DNA of 64,000 nucleotides from an uncultured Bacilli bacterium (GTDB lineage Bacteria; Bacillota_I; Bacilli_A; RF39; UBA660): NCBI GenBank assembly GCA_934096105.1, contig CAKOLH010000003.1, positions 1,721 to 65,720 of the forward strand, read 5' to 3'. Shown piece by piece: positions 56,085 to 64,000 of this stretch (position 1 is its first letter; each line of letters starts with the position of its first letter). The notes under the pieces were generated by a model. It saw only the letters and a program-made list of their open reading frames with translations, ran no database searches and was not told where the DNA came from. The position numbers and the translations under genes were made by a program.

Positions 56085-56735
56085 ATGGATATTATTTATA
56101 ATGGTGAAATATATTTAAAAAAAGGACCAGAAATTTATAACCCAAGTGCTGATATAAAAGAAATAGATGAAAAAATAGAAGAATTACAAAAACTTTTTAC
56201 TGAAGATCCTAATCTTTTTACACTTGGTGTTATAGAATTATCAAAGAGTGTAAAATCATCTTTAGAAAAGGAAAGAGGTAAATTAGATTACAGTGGTACA
56301 GACACCTTTTGGAGATTATATACTAATGATGGTATAAACTTATTAATGAGAGATGCTTTTCAAGAAAGAAAATATAATGGTGTTGAAGAAATGAAAAGAA
56401 TATATATGAAACTATCAGAGTTTTTAAACGAATCATCATTTATTGGGAAAGAATTTGTAAGAACAACACCAATTAGAAAGAATGGTATGCTAGATACTAG
56501 CTATACTTCTCCATTAAAAGAAAAAAATATTGTTCTATATGCCAAGAATGACCTGTTTCTCGCAGTAAAAAGAAAAATTGAGCAAGATAAATTAATAGAG
56601 AGATACATTCTTATTAATTCAAATTATATAAAAGACAGAAACTATGAATTCTATGGAAATATTTATCCAGAATATAAAGATAAAACCAAAGTATATAAAC
56701 TTATTCGAAGACAATTAGAAAAAGAAAAAATATAA
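56085..56735 (+). CDS. hypothetical protein
   Basis: 216-aa ORF with a weak SD. It occupies the slot where thiN sits in Bacillus but does not resemble it. Confidence 0.5.
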   Translation: MDIIYNGEIYLKKGPEIYNPSADIKEIDEKIEELQKLFTEDPNLFTLGVIELSKSVKSSLEKERGKLDYSGTDTFWRLYTNDGINLLMRDAFQERKYNGVEEMKRIYMKLSEFLNESSFIGKEFVRTTPIRKNGMLDTSYTSPLKEKNIVLYAKNDLFLAVKRKIEQDKLIERYILINSNYIKDRNYEFYGNIYPEYKDKTKVYKLIRRQLEKEKI

Positions 56736-56781
56736 AAGAGACAATTATAGTCTCATTTTTATTTATTAATTATTATATAAC

Positions 56782-56806
56782 AAAAAAAGATAGAGTATTC
56801 TATCTT
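56782..56806 (-). terminator. rpmB intrinsic terminator
   Basis: On the minus strand: aagataga-atac-tctatctt followed by T7. Confidence 0.7.
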
Positions 56807-56808
56807 AA

Positions 56809-56985
56809 TTATGCTAATTCATTATTCTTTTTCATAGCTCTAGCTTCTCTAACACTAGTCTTAACTTTACTACCATCTTTTAAAGTAACAGTAGTCATAT
56901 TTACTTTTTGAGTACCTTTAGTTATTTTAAGACAGTTAGGTCTATTATTTACAGATCTAGTCTTTTTAGTTGATATATTTTCCAT
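56809..56985 (-). CDS. rpmB: 50S ribosomal protein L28 (divergent N-terminus)
   Basis: Not in ORF track (58 aa); SD aggaggt. MENISTKKTRSVNNRPNCLKITKGTQKVNMTTVTLKDGSKVKTSVREARAMKKNNELA aligns by eye with the KKT..GNNRS...LQKV...VS.RALK pattern of L28. The position opposite rpe is conserved. Confidence 0.7.
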   Translation of the reverse strand: MENISTKKTRSVNNRPNCLKITKGTQKVNMTTVTLKDGSKVKTSVREARAMKKNNELA

Positions 56986-57050
56986 AGAATTACCTCCTCA
57001 TCAGTTCGTTATTAACTTTACCATAAAAATACCATTTAGTCAAGTAATTA

Positions 57051-57761
57051 TTAAGAATTTTCTTTCGTACCATTATCATTTCTAATAAATTCTCTAAGTA
57101 TTTTAGTAATAGCTCTTTTTTCTATTCTTGATACATAACTCCTAGAAATACCAAGTTCCTTAGCAATTTCTTTTTGCGTAATCTCATCAGTATTATCTAG
57201 TCCATATCTCTTAGTTAAAACTTCTCTTTCTCTTTTGGTTAAAACATTAAGATATTTTCTAAGTAATTTAATATTATCATTCTTATATATTTCTTCTGCA
57301 TAGTCAGGATTTTCAGTTTTTAATACATCTAAAATAGTAATCTCATTTCCTTCTTTATCATAACTTATCCCATCATAAATACTAACATTCTTTGAATTCT
57401 TCTTATCAGATCTAAAATGCATAAGAATTTCATTTTCCGAACATTTTGCTATATAAGTAGCCAGTTTTATATTCTTATCTGGAGAGAAACTATCAATACC
57501 CTTAATTAAACCAACAGTACCAATACCAATTAAGTCATCTACATCATTAGTACTAGATTCAAACTTCTTAACTATATGTGCCACTAGTCTAAGATTATGT
57601 TCTATTAACTTAGCCCTAGCTTCTTTATCACCTTTCATCATTTTTTCTATATACATTTCTTCCTCTTCTTTTGATAAGGGTTCAGGAAAGACATTATTCG
57701 AATATGCCCCAGTAAAAAAAGTAAGATTATTAACAATAAAATTAAATAAACTATAAAGCAT
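57051..57761 (-). CDS. sigK: sporulation sigma factor SigK (pro-sigma-K), uninterrupted
   Basis: A pro-sequence followed by NNVFPEPLSKEEE, LIEHNLRLVAHIVKKF and CSENEILMHFR, close to B. subtilis SigK. Single intact ORF. Confidence 0.85.
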   Translation of the reverse strand: MLYSLFNFIVNNLTFFTGAYSNNVFPEPLSKEEEEMYIEKMMKGDKEARAKLIEHNLRLVAHIVKKFESSTNDVDDLIGIGTVGLIKGIDSFSPDKNIKLATYIAKCSENEILMHFRSDKKNSKNVSIYDGISYDKEGNEITILDVLKTENPDYAEEIYKNDNIKLLRKYLNVLTKREREVLTKRYGLDNTDEITQKEIAKELGISRSYVSRIEKRAITKILREFIRNDNGTKENS

Positions 57762-57940
57762 AAAAACCTCCTAATAAAGTTTATGCTTTTTATTATATTA
57801 TACTACTTAAGCCTAAGTACTAACGAGAATATCATCAATAATAATTTTTATTATTAAACATTTGTATTATAGCCAGAATTATTATAATTACTTATAAATA
57901 AAGCCTTTATAAAGAAACTAAAAAAATTGTTGTATTATGG

Positions 57941-57970
57941 TTGACTATAGTACATAAATTAGTATATAAT
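57941..57970 (+). promoter_or_regulatory. strong sigma-A type promoter of the structured small-ORF RNA
   Basis: TTGACT (57941-46), 18-nt spacer, TATAAT (57965-70). Confidence 0.65.
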
Positions 57971-57976
57971 GTCTGC

Positions 57977-58232
57977 AGGTAATCACCTATAGGTGTTCTC
58001 TCCTTTTTTAACTAAAGTTATGGAAGGAGTGATTCTATGTTTCAAAGTTTTCTGAAAAGGGGGTTTTGGAATGGAATTAGTCCTTGCTCTTGCATGGATT
58101 ACTCTAGTTGTACTATTTTTGATAGATAGTCATAGCCGTAGAAGATAAGTAAAATAGAGCACCTCAGAGGAAGCACTCTATAACACAATTATGGAGAGAA
58201 CACCCTGAAACATATAGGTGTTACCTATTTTT
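57977..58232 (+). other. ~255-nt structured transcript (candidate type I toxin mRNA) closed by a 5'/3' long-range helix
   Basis: 57992-58003 ggtgttctctcc pairs perfectly with 58193-58204 ggagagaacacc. 57977-57991 aggtaatcacctata pairs with 58213-58226 tataggtgttacct (14 bp, one bulge). It ends in an ataggt-gtt-acctat hairpin plus T5 (58214-58232). Confidence 0.5.
58071..58148 (+). CDS. 25-aa hydrophobic peptide, candidate type I toxin
   Basis: Not in ORF track. SD aaggggg lies 7 nt upstream. MELVLALAWITLVVLFLIDSHSRRR is one TM helix with a basic C-terminus. An alternative overlapping 30-aa ORF (58037-58129, MFQSFLKRGFWNGISPCSCMDYSSCTIFDR) also has a good SD (aggag). Confidence 0.4.
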   Translation: MELVLALAWITLVVLFLIDSHSRRR

Positions 58233-58290
58233 ATTATAGGCAAAATCTCTTTCCATATATAATTATATGCTATTTCCATTAAAAAATCAA
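58150..58290 (-). ncRNA. putative antisense RNA with its promoter (candidate antitoxin)
   Basis: On the minus strand: TTGATT (58290-85), 17 nt, TATAAT (58267-62). The transcript would run antisense across the 3' arm of the long-range helix. The hairpin at 58181-58154 has two G-U pairs only on the minus strand (C/A mismatches on the plus strand) and is followed by a U-rich tract. Confidence 0.3.
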
Positions 58291-58353
58291 TTATAAGCAA
58301 TCAATATCTTTATTTTTAGTTTAAAATAAAGTATAATAATCTTGAGGTGGAAA

Positions 58354-58875
58354 ATGAATTACTTTTATCCAGATGCTTATCAAAAAAGTATATACACAAT
58401 AAATTATGATAAATTAAAAGAAAATGGTATCAAATGTCTATTATTTGATTTAGACAATACTTGTGTACCTTATGTTGATAGAACACCAACTAAAAAATTA
58501 AAAAACTTATTTGATAAATTAGGAGAACAAGGCTTCAAAGTAATAATATTTTCTAATTCACCAAAAGAACGATTAGCACCATTTAAAAAAGAGTTAAAAG
58601 TAGATTGCTGTGCTAAAGCAGGAAAACCAAGAAAGAAAAACTTTATAAAAGTATTAGATTTATATAAGTATGATTTATCTGAAGTTGCTATAATTGGAGA
58701 TCAATTAGTTACTGATATATATGGTGGTAATAAAGTAGGGATAACAACAGTTTTAGTAAATCCAATGTCAAATATTGATATGCCATTTACTAAAATTCAT
58801 AGATATATAGAAAGAAAAGAAATAAATAAGATGACCAAAGTGGGAATCTTTAAAGTAGGAGAATATTATGACTAA
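58354..58875 (+). CDS. yqeG: YqeG-family HAD-IIIA phosphatase
   Basis: LLFDLDNT and GDQLVTDI motifs. The ATG at 58354 follows SD gaggtgg. Followed by yqeH as in Bacillus. Confidence 0.88.
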   Translation: MNYFYPDAYQKSIYTINYDKLKENGIKCLLFDLDNTCVPYVDRTPTKKLKNLFDKLGEQGFKVIIFSNSPKERLAPFKKELKVDCCAKAGKPRKKNFIKVLDLYKYDLSEVAIIGDQLVTDIYGGNKVGITTVLVNPMSNIDMPFTKIHRYIERKEINKMTKVGIFKVGEYYD

Positions 58876-59842
58876 GAAATGTTCAGGATGCGGAGTATTA
58901 CTTCAAAATGATAACATAGATAAAGAAGGTTATGTAGATGATTTAAATAAAGATATTTGTGAAAGATGCTTTAAATTAAAATACTATGGTGAATATAAAG
59001 AAGTAACACTAGATAATAAAGACTATCAAAATATATTAAATAGTATTCCAAAAGACTCACTAGTAGTTTATCTTACATCCCTACTAAGCTTAAACTTAGA
59101 TATTGCAAATAACTTTAACAATGTAATAATAGTTTTAACCAAAAAAGATCTATTTCCAAAGTCAGTAAAAGATTATAAGTTAATAGACTATGTAGCAAAG
59201 AGAGTAAATAACTATCTAGATATTGAAGTAATAAGTTCAGTAAAAAATTATAATTTAGATAGCCTAATGAATAAAATAAAAAAATATAATAATAATAAAG
59301 AAGTATACTTCATAGGCAATACCAATTCAGGTAAATCAACACTAATAAATAAAATAATAAAAAATTATTCTGAAAAAGATATCGAAGTAACTACCAGTAT
59401 TTATCCTTCAACAACCCTAAATAAAATAGAAATAGACCTTGAGGGCATTCATATTGTAGATACACCAGGTTTAATATCTGAAGGAAGCATAATAAATAAA
59501 TTAGATCTAAAAGAGATAAAGAAAATAACTCCTAAAAAAGAAATAAAACCAAGAAGTTATCAGTTAAAAGGAAAAGGCTCATTAATAATTGATAACAAAA
59601 TAAGAGTAGATTATTTTAGTGATAATAATATTACCATATATCTAGCCAATAATTTAAATATAGTTAAACTAGGATTAGATAATTCTAAACTAAAAGATGG
59701 TATAAAAAAAGAATTCAAACTATCTAAAGATAAAGATATAGTTATTGAAGATTTATGCTTTATTAAGTTTACTAAAGCTGCAAATATTGATATTTATAGT
59801 TTATATGATGTAAACATTTATGACAGAGATAATTTAATATAA
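58868..59842 (+). CDS. yqeH: ribosome biogenesis GTPase YqeH
   Basis: N-terminal CxxC...CxxC zinc finger and a circularly permuted GTPase (TKKDL, GNTNSGKSTLIN, DTPG). Confidence 0.88.
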   Translation: MTKKCSGCGVLLQNDNIDKEGYVDDLNKDICERCFKLKYYGEYKEVTLDNKDYQNILNSIPKDSLVVYLTSLLSLNLDIANNFNNVIIVLTKKDLFPKSVKDYKLIDYVAKRVNNYLDIEVISSVKNYNLDSLMNKIKKYNNNKEVYFIGNTNSGKSTLINKIIKNYSEKDIEVTTSIYPSTTLNKIEIDLEGIHIVDTPGLISEGSIINKLDLKEIKKITPKKEIKPRSYQLKGKGSLIIDNKIRVDYFSDNNITIYLANNLNIVKLGLDNSKLKDGIKKEFKLSKDKDIVIEDLCFIKFTKAANIDIYSLYDVNIYDRDNLI

Positions 59843-59914
59843 AAAAGTGAAATTGTATTTACTTTTTTTCTTTTTTATATTATAATCTATTTAGAATAGA
59901 GGAGGGGTACCTAT

Positions 59915-60583
59915 ATGAAGTATCTAAGTAAAGAAGAGTTAGAGGATATAACAAATGAGTTATTAGAAAATCCCACAAGAGAGACCCTAAAGGTATTAAA
60001 TAATAAATATAATGGTGAAGAAATAAAGAGTATATCAGAACCAGTAAGAGAAGATATACCTGAGGTGCCAAGCACGCCAGAAATAAAACTTGATATTCCA
60101 GCTTTTGAAGTACCAAATACTAGAATAGCCTCAGAGAGTACTATACCAAATATGAATATACCAACATTTAATGTACCAGAAAGTACTCCAGTTAATGAAG
60201 TACAAAATAATAGACCACTAGAGGAGACAATTCCAATATCAAGTGAACCAACAATACCAGTAAACAATAACATAAATGATAATATTCCTTCACTTGAAGT
60301 ACCACAAAGTATGCCAGTACAAAATAATAATAATGCACCGGTAAACTTCAGTGGAAATCTTTGGGAACCACAGATGCCTACTATTGGTAATATGATGGAA
60401 ACTACTGATAACTTTAACACAGTACAAAATACTATGCCAAATATAAACCCAAGTAGTCAAAATACTCCATTTTTTGGACCAGTCACAGAACCAGTAAACA
60501 ATCCAATACCAGTAAATAATGTTCCAAATAATGGACCATCAATGTTTGGTCAAATACAACAAAATTACAATCAAGGAGCTTAA
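59915..60583 (+). CDS. hypothetical Pro/Asn-rich protein
   Basis: 222 aa with SD gaggagg. A short helical N-domain, then repetitive IP..VP..NN low-complexity sequence. Confidence 0.55.
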   Translation: MKYLSKEELEDITNELLENPTRETLKVLNNKYNGEEIKSISEPVREDIPEVPSTPEIKLDIPAFEVPNTRIASESTIPNMNIPTFNVPESTPVNEVQNNRPLEETIPISSEPTIPVNNNINDNIPSLEVPQSMPVQNNNNAPVNFSGNLWEPQMPTIGNMMETTDNFNTVQNTMPNINPSSQNTPFFGPVTEPVNNPIPVNNVPNNGPSMFGQIQQNYNQGA

Positions 60584-60655
60584 TGCTCTTTTTCATTTTA
60601 ACCAATTGACATAACCAAATAAATAATATATAATAACAACAGAATTGAGGTTATT

Positions 60656-61027
60656 ATGAATACAAAATTAATTAACATCCAAGTACTTGCCTTACTTGGA
60701 GATGCCATCTATTCTCTTTATATACGAGAAGAACTAATAAAATTAGGATATAATGATATAGAAAAAATTCAGAAAAAACAAGTAGAATATGTATCCGCTA
60801 AAGGAGAAGTAAAAGTATTAAACTATCTAACAGATAATAATCTATTAACTGAGGAAGAATTAGATATAGTAAAAAGAGGAAGAAACTATAAAAATAATAG
60901 TCATCCTAAAAACACTGATATAATTACTTATAAATTATCTACAGGATTTGAATCATTACTCGGAGATTTATATCTGAATAACAAAGAAAGACTATATGAA
61001 ATATTAAATTTAATTGAGGTGAAATAA
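60656..61027 (+). CDS. mrnC: mini-ribonuclease III
   Basis: LALLGDAIYSLYIRE and FESLLGDLYL motifs; followed by rlmB as in Bacillus. Confidence 0.88.
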   Translation: MNTKLINIQVLALLGDAIYSLYIREELIKLGYNDIEKIQKKQVEYVSAKGEVKVLNYLTDNNLLTEEELDIVKRGRNYKNNSHPKNTDIITYKLSTGFESLLGDLYLNNKERLYEILNLIEVK

Positions 61028-61734
61028 TGAAAATATATGGTAAAAATGTAGCCCTAGAGGCTTTAAAAGAAAATAAAAAAGTACATAAAATATACTTAAG
61101 TAACAAGTTTAAAGATGAAGAAATACTATCTTTAATAGAAAGAAAAAATATAAATACAAAAGTTCTTGACAATAGAGAATTAGATAAAATGTGTAAAGGA
61201 TTACATCAAGGTATAATACTTGAAGTAGAGGATATCAAAACATATTCATTTGATGAAATAATACCAAGCATTACTGCAGAATATCCACTTGTAGTTATAT
61301 TAGATCATCTTGAAGATCCACATAATCTTGGAGCCATAGTTCGTTCTAGTGAAGCTTTTGGCGTGGATGCTATAATAATTCCAAATGACCGCAGCGTTCA
61401 GATAACAAGTACTGTTGTTAAAACTTCCGTTGGTACAATAGAAAAAGTAAAAATAATAAATGTACCAAATATCAATAATGCTATCAGAAAATTAAAAGAC
61501 CTAGGATACTGGATAGTAGGAACAGACATGGAAGGAACTAATTATACAGAAATAGATTACAAAACAAAAATAGGATTAGTAATAGGAAATGAAGGAAAAG
61601 GTATAAGCAAGGTTACCGCAGATAACTGTGATTTCATTGCTAAAATACCAATGAAAGGAACAGTAAATAGTCTTAATGCTTCAGTAGCATGTGGAATATT
61701 CTTATCAGAAATAAATAGATCTAGGGGGATTTAA
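61027..61734 (+). CDS. rlmB: 23S rRNA (Gm2251) 2'-O-methyltransferase RlmB / TrmH family
   Basis: SpoU motifs DPHNLGAIVRS, GNEGKGIS and SLNASVA. Confidence 0.88.
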   Translation: MKIYGKNVALEALKENKKVHKIYLSNKFKDEEILSLIERKNINTKVLDNRELDKMCKGLHQGIILEVEDIKTYSFDEIIPSITAEYPLVVILDHLEDPHNLGAIVRSSEAFGVDAIIIPNDRSVQITSTVVKTSVGTIEKVKIINVPNINNAIRKLKDLGYWIVGTDMEGTNYTEIDYKTKIGLVIGNEGKGISKVTADNCDFIAKIPMKGTVNSLNASVACGIFLSEINRSRGI

Positions 61735-61735
61735 T

Positions 61736-62302
61736 ATGTATAATGATTATGAACTATTATATTTAGCACAAGAAAATAATGAAGATGCAGTAAATGAATT
61801 AAGAAAAAAGTATAATAGTCTATTGTATACTAAAGCACTATCATATAATAGAAGTTCACATATAGATATAAAAGAACTATTAAATGAAGCTGAACTATCC
61901 TTTTATAAAGCAGTAGATAACTACATAGACAAAAATACTTTCAACACTTATTTAAATAAAGTAATAGATAATAATCTAACCAATTACATAGCAAAGCATA
62001 ATATTACTAAAAACAAAATATTAAATGAATCAATATCATATGAAAATAATAATGAAAAAATATTAGAATTAGAAAGTAATAAATATAATCCTGAAGTAAA
62101 TTTATTTAATGATTATGACTATTCAAGTTTAAGAAATAAGATAATAGAAGTTTTAACTTGGAAAGAAGAATTAATATTTACTCTAAGAGAGCAAAATTAT
62201 ACAGTACTAGAAATATCAGAAATAACAGATAATAAATTAAGAACTGTATATAATATAATAAAGAAAATACAAGATAAAACTATCAAATTAATGTCAAATT
62301 AA
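61736..62302 (+). CDS. divergent sigma-70 family protein in the sigH position
   Basis: 188 aa. A region-2-like N-terminus (LLY..A...) and a C-terminal HTH-like YTVLEISEITDNKLRTVYNIIKKI. Synteny mrnC-rlmB-(sigH). Confidence 0.5.
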   Translation: MYNDYELLYLAQENNEDAVNELRKKYNSLLYTKALSYNRSSHIDIKELLNEAELSFYKAVDNYIDKNTFNTYLNKVIDNNLTNYIAKHNITKNKILNESISYENNNEKILELESNKYNPEVNLFNDYDYSSLRNKIIEVLTWKEELIFTLREQNYTVLEISEITDNKLRTVYNIIKKIQDKTIKLMSN

Positions 62303-62374
62303 TTACCAATATAAAAAAAATATTTACTTTTTAATAAAATTACTATATACTATACTTGACAAAGGAGGAGTATT

Positions 62375-62890
62375 ATGGAAGATAGAGAAATAAATGATAC
62401 ACTAAGCGACCAGCAGAAAATTTATTTAATAGGAAAAATACTAAGCTCAAAAGGACTATCAGGAGTATTAGAAGCAGTAGATGCAGTAAAAAATGGCTTT
62501 GATGTAGAAATACCAGGTTTAGATCGTAAGCTAGCTGATGGTGAAAAAATAAATCAAATTAATTATAAAAAGCCAAGTGAACCTAAAGATATCATAGAAG
62601 CTCCTACTAAAGAACAGATAGTAGAGCCAGTTATCAATTCTTCCATTACTACAAATCCCAAAGAAGCTAGTATTTATAGAGAGGAAGCTAAAGCCCTTGT
62701 AGAGCAAGATAGATTAGACCATCCAGTAGTAGAAAATCAAGAAACTATAAGTGGAGCGGACCAAGTAATACCATCAATGGATGAAACTTACGATGAACCC
62801 CTAGAGGAGCATCCTAAAGTATTAGAAAAGACAATAAATAATCCTTGGTCTGGCATTGAAACAGTCTCACCAGGACAGTTAAAACTATAA
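62375..62890 (+). CDS. hypothetical acidic protein
   Basis: 171-aa ORF with SD aaggagg; no recognisable motif. Confidence 0.5.
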   Translation: MEDREINDTLSDQQKIYLIGKILSSKGLSGVLEAVDAVKNGFDVEIPGLDRKLADGEKINQINYKKPSEPKDIIEAPTKEQIVEPVINSSITTNPKEASIYREEAKALVEQDRLDHPVVENQETISGADQVIPSMDETYDEPLEEHPKVLEKTINNPWSGIETVSPGQLKL

Positions 62891-62897
62891 TAAATAT

Positions 62898-62921
62898 AAA
62901 TGCTTTAATTAGCATTTTTTT
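62898..62921 (+). terminator. intrinsic terminator
   Basis: aaatgct-ttaatt-agcattt followed by a T-run. Confidence 0.7.
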
Positions 62922-62975
62922 CTTGTTTAAATAATTAAAAAAATGTGATATAATACCAAAGAAGAGGCGATGTAT

Positions 62976-64000
62976 ATGGATAAAATAATAATAAAAGGTG
63001 CTAGAGAAAATAACCTTAAAAATATAGATATAGAAATACCAAAAAATAAATTAGTAGTAATGACCGGAGTATCAGGATCAGGTAAATCATCCCTTGCTTT
63101 TGATACTATTTATGCTGAAGGTCAAAGAAGATATGTAGAGAGCCTATCTGCCTATGCAAGACAGTTTATTGGCACGACAGGAAAACCTGATGTAGATACT
63201 ATCGAAGGACTATCACCAAGTATATCAATAGATCAAAAAACTACCAATAAGAACCCTCGAAGTACCGTAGGTACAGTAACCGAAATATATGATTACTTAA
63301 GACTACTATTCGCTAGAATAGGTGTTCCTTATTGCCCTAACCATCATATACCAATATCATCTCAGTCAGTTGAAGAGATGACCACTAGAGTATTATCTCT
63401 TGAAGAATCCACTAAAATAATGGTTATGTCTCCAATAGTAAAAGGAGAAAAAGGTACTCAAAAAGATTTATTTGAAAAACTAAGAAAAGAAGGATACATC
63501 AGAGTAAAAGTAGATGGTGAAGTAAAAGACTTATCTGAAGATTTAGAATTAGATAAAAATAAAAAACACAATATCTCAGTAATAATAGATAGACTAGTAG
63601 TAAAAGAGGGTATCAGAAGTAGATTATATTCTTCTCTAGAGACTGCAACTAAACTAAGTCATGGTAAAGCTATAATAGATGTTATTGGCGGAGAAGAATT
63701 ACTTATGAGTGAGGACTATGCTTGTCCATACTGTGATTATTCTCTTGAAGAATTAGAGCCCCGTATATTCTCCTTTAATGCTCCTTATGGCTCTTGTCCA
63801 GATTGTAAAGGACTAGGAGTAAAATACAAAATAGATGTTGACCTAGTAATCCCAGATAAAAATAAGTCCATATTAGAAGGTGCTATCAAACCAATAAATC
63901 TAGATGAAGAGTCAAGTATCATGTATACAGAACTTACCACAGTAGCGGACTTTTACCACATAGACCTATCAAAACCAGTAAAAGACTTAACCAAAGAAGA
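62976..64000 (+). CDS. uvrA: excinuclease ABC subunit A, N-terminal part (continues beyond the window end)
   Basis: Not in ORF track (open-ended). [64 protein letters not shown]... plus the zinc-finger CPYC...CPDC. Confidence 0.93.
   Translation, partial: MDKIIIKGARENNLKNIDIEIPKNKLVVMTGVSGSGKSSLAFDTIYAEGQRRYVESLSAYARQFIGTTGKPDVDTIEGLSPSISIDQKTTNKNPRSTVGTVTEIYDYLRLLFARIGVPYCPNHHIPISSQSVEEMTTRVLSLEESTKIMVMSPIVKGEKGTQKDLFEKLRKEGYIRVKVDGEVKDLSEDLELDKNKKHNISVIIDRLVVKEGIRSRLYSSLETATKLSHGKAIIDVIGGEELLMSEDYACPYCDYSLEELEPRIFSFNAPYGSCPDCKGLGVKYKIDVDLVIPDKNKSILEGAIKPINLDEESSIMYTELTTVADFYHIDLSKPVKDLTKE

Noticed and set aside
57051-57761. skin-type intervening element in sigK
   Set aside because: sigK is a single uninterrupted ORF with both N- and C-terminal conserved regions, and there is no recombinase nearby.
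57804-57822. agcctaagt core-like string upstream of sigK as a 13th palindromic unit
   Set aside because: The core motif is present, but there are no 9-10 bp complementary arms. Only a 6-bp tactta/taagta stem forms, so it is treated as a chance match or a degenerate relic.
57977-58232. 6S RNA or another housekeeping ncRNA (SRP, RNase P, tmRNA) as the explanation for the structured transcript
   Set aside because: The long closing helix is 6S-like. However, the length (~255 nt), two SD-preceded ORFs, the absence of RNase P (GAGGAAAGUCC) or SRP signature motifs, and a convergent antisense promoter fit a type I toxin mRNA better. This cannot be fully excluded without a covariance-model search.

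Overview
Strongly AT-rich chromosomal window from a spore-forming, low-GC Firmicute (spoIIR, cwlD, intact sigK and Spo0A boxes are present). It is read with the standard genetic code, and most genes are on the + strand. I saw no rRNA, tRNA or CRISPR. The backbone is housekeeping. It begins with dnaB-like/dnaI and parAB, which sit divergent from rpmH-rnpA-yidC-jag, followed by mnmE-mnmG-rsmG-noc. Next come spoIIR, mntP, murA, rpmE and ltaS, then clpP, cwlD and htrA, then tsaEB-rimI-tsaD and pcrA. The right half carries rlmN-prpC-prkC-rsgA-rpe, then rpmB and sigK, then yqeG-yqeH, mrnC-rlmB with a SigH-like sigma factor, and the start of uvrA. Accessory material is interspersed. This includes an agr-type quorum-sensing locus whose 37-aa AgrD precursor is missing from the ORF track, and a 1.25-kb two-gene cassette between jag and mnmE flanked by 44-bp direct repeats. 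It also includes an Abi_2 gene, a YhcG-type nuclease gene, and an AMP-ligase / pseudo-histidine-kinase / Cys-rich trio. Further items are an orphan holin-amidase pair, a DUF4143-type ATPase with upstream iteron-like repeats, and a cadC-cadA metal efflux operon. Two signals are the most interesting and are not explained by genes. The first is a family of 12 abutting palindromic units at 6 intergenic loci, with completely variable, perfectly paired 9-10 bp arms around a conserved asymmetric core (AG|CCT..GT|CT). Two related copies show compensatory arm substitutions, and oppositely oriented arrays bracket accessory DNA. The second is a promoter-to-terminator ~255-nt structured RNA between sigK and yqeG. 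It has a 26-bp 5'/3' closing helix, a 25-aa hydrophobic peptide ORF and a convergent antisense promoter, which resembles a type I toxin-antitoxin module. All functional calls rest on motif recognition by eye; no database search was run.
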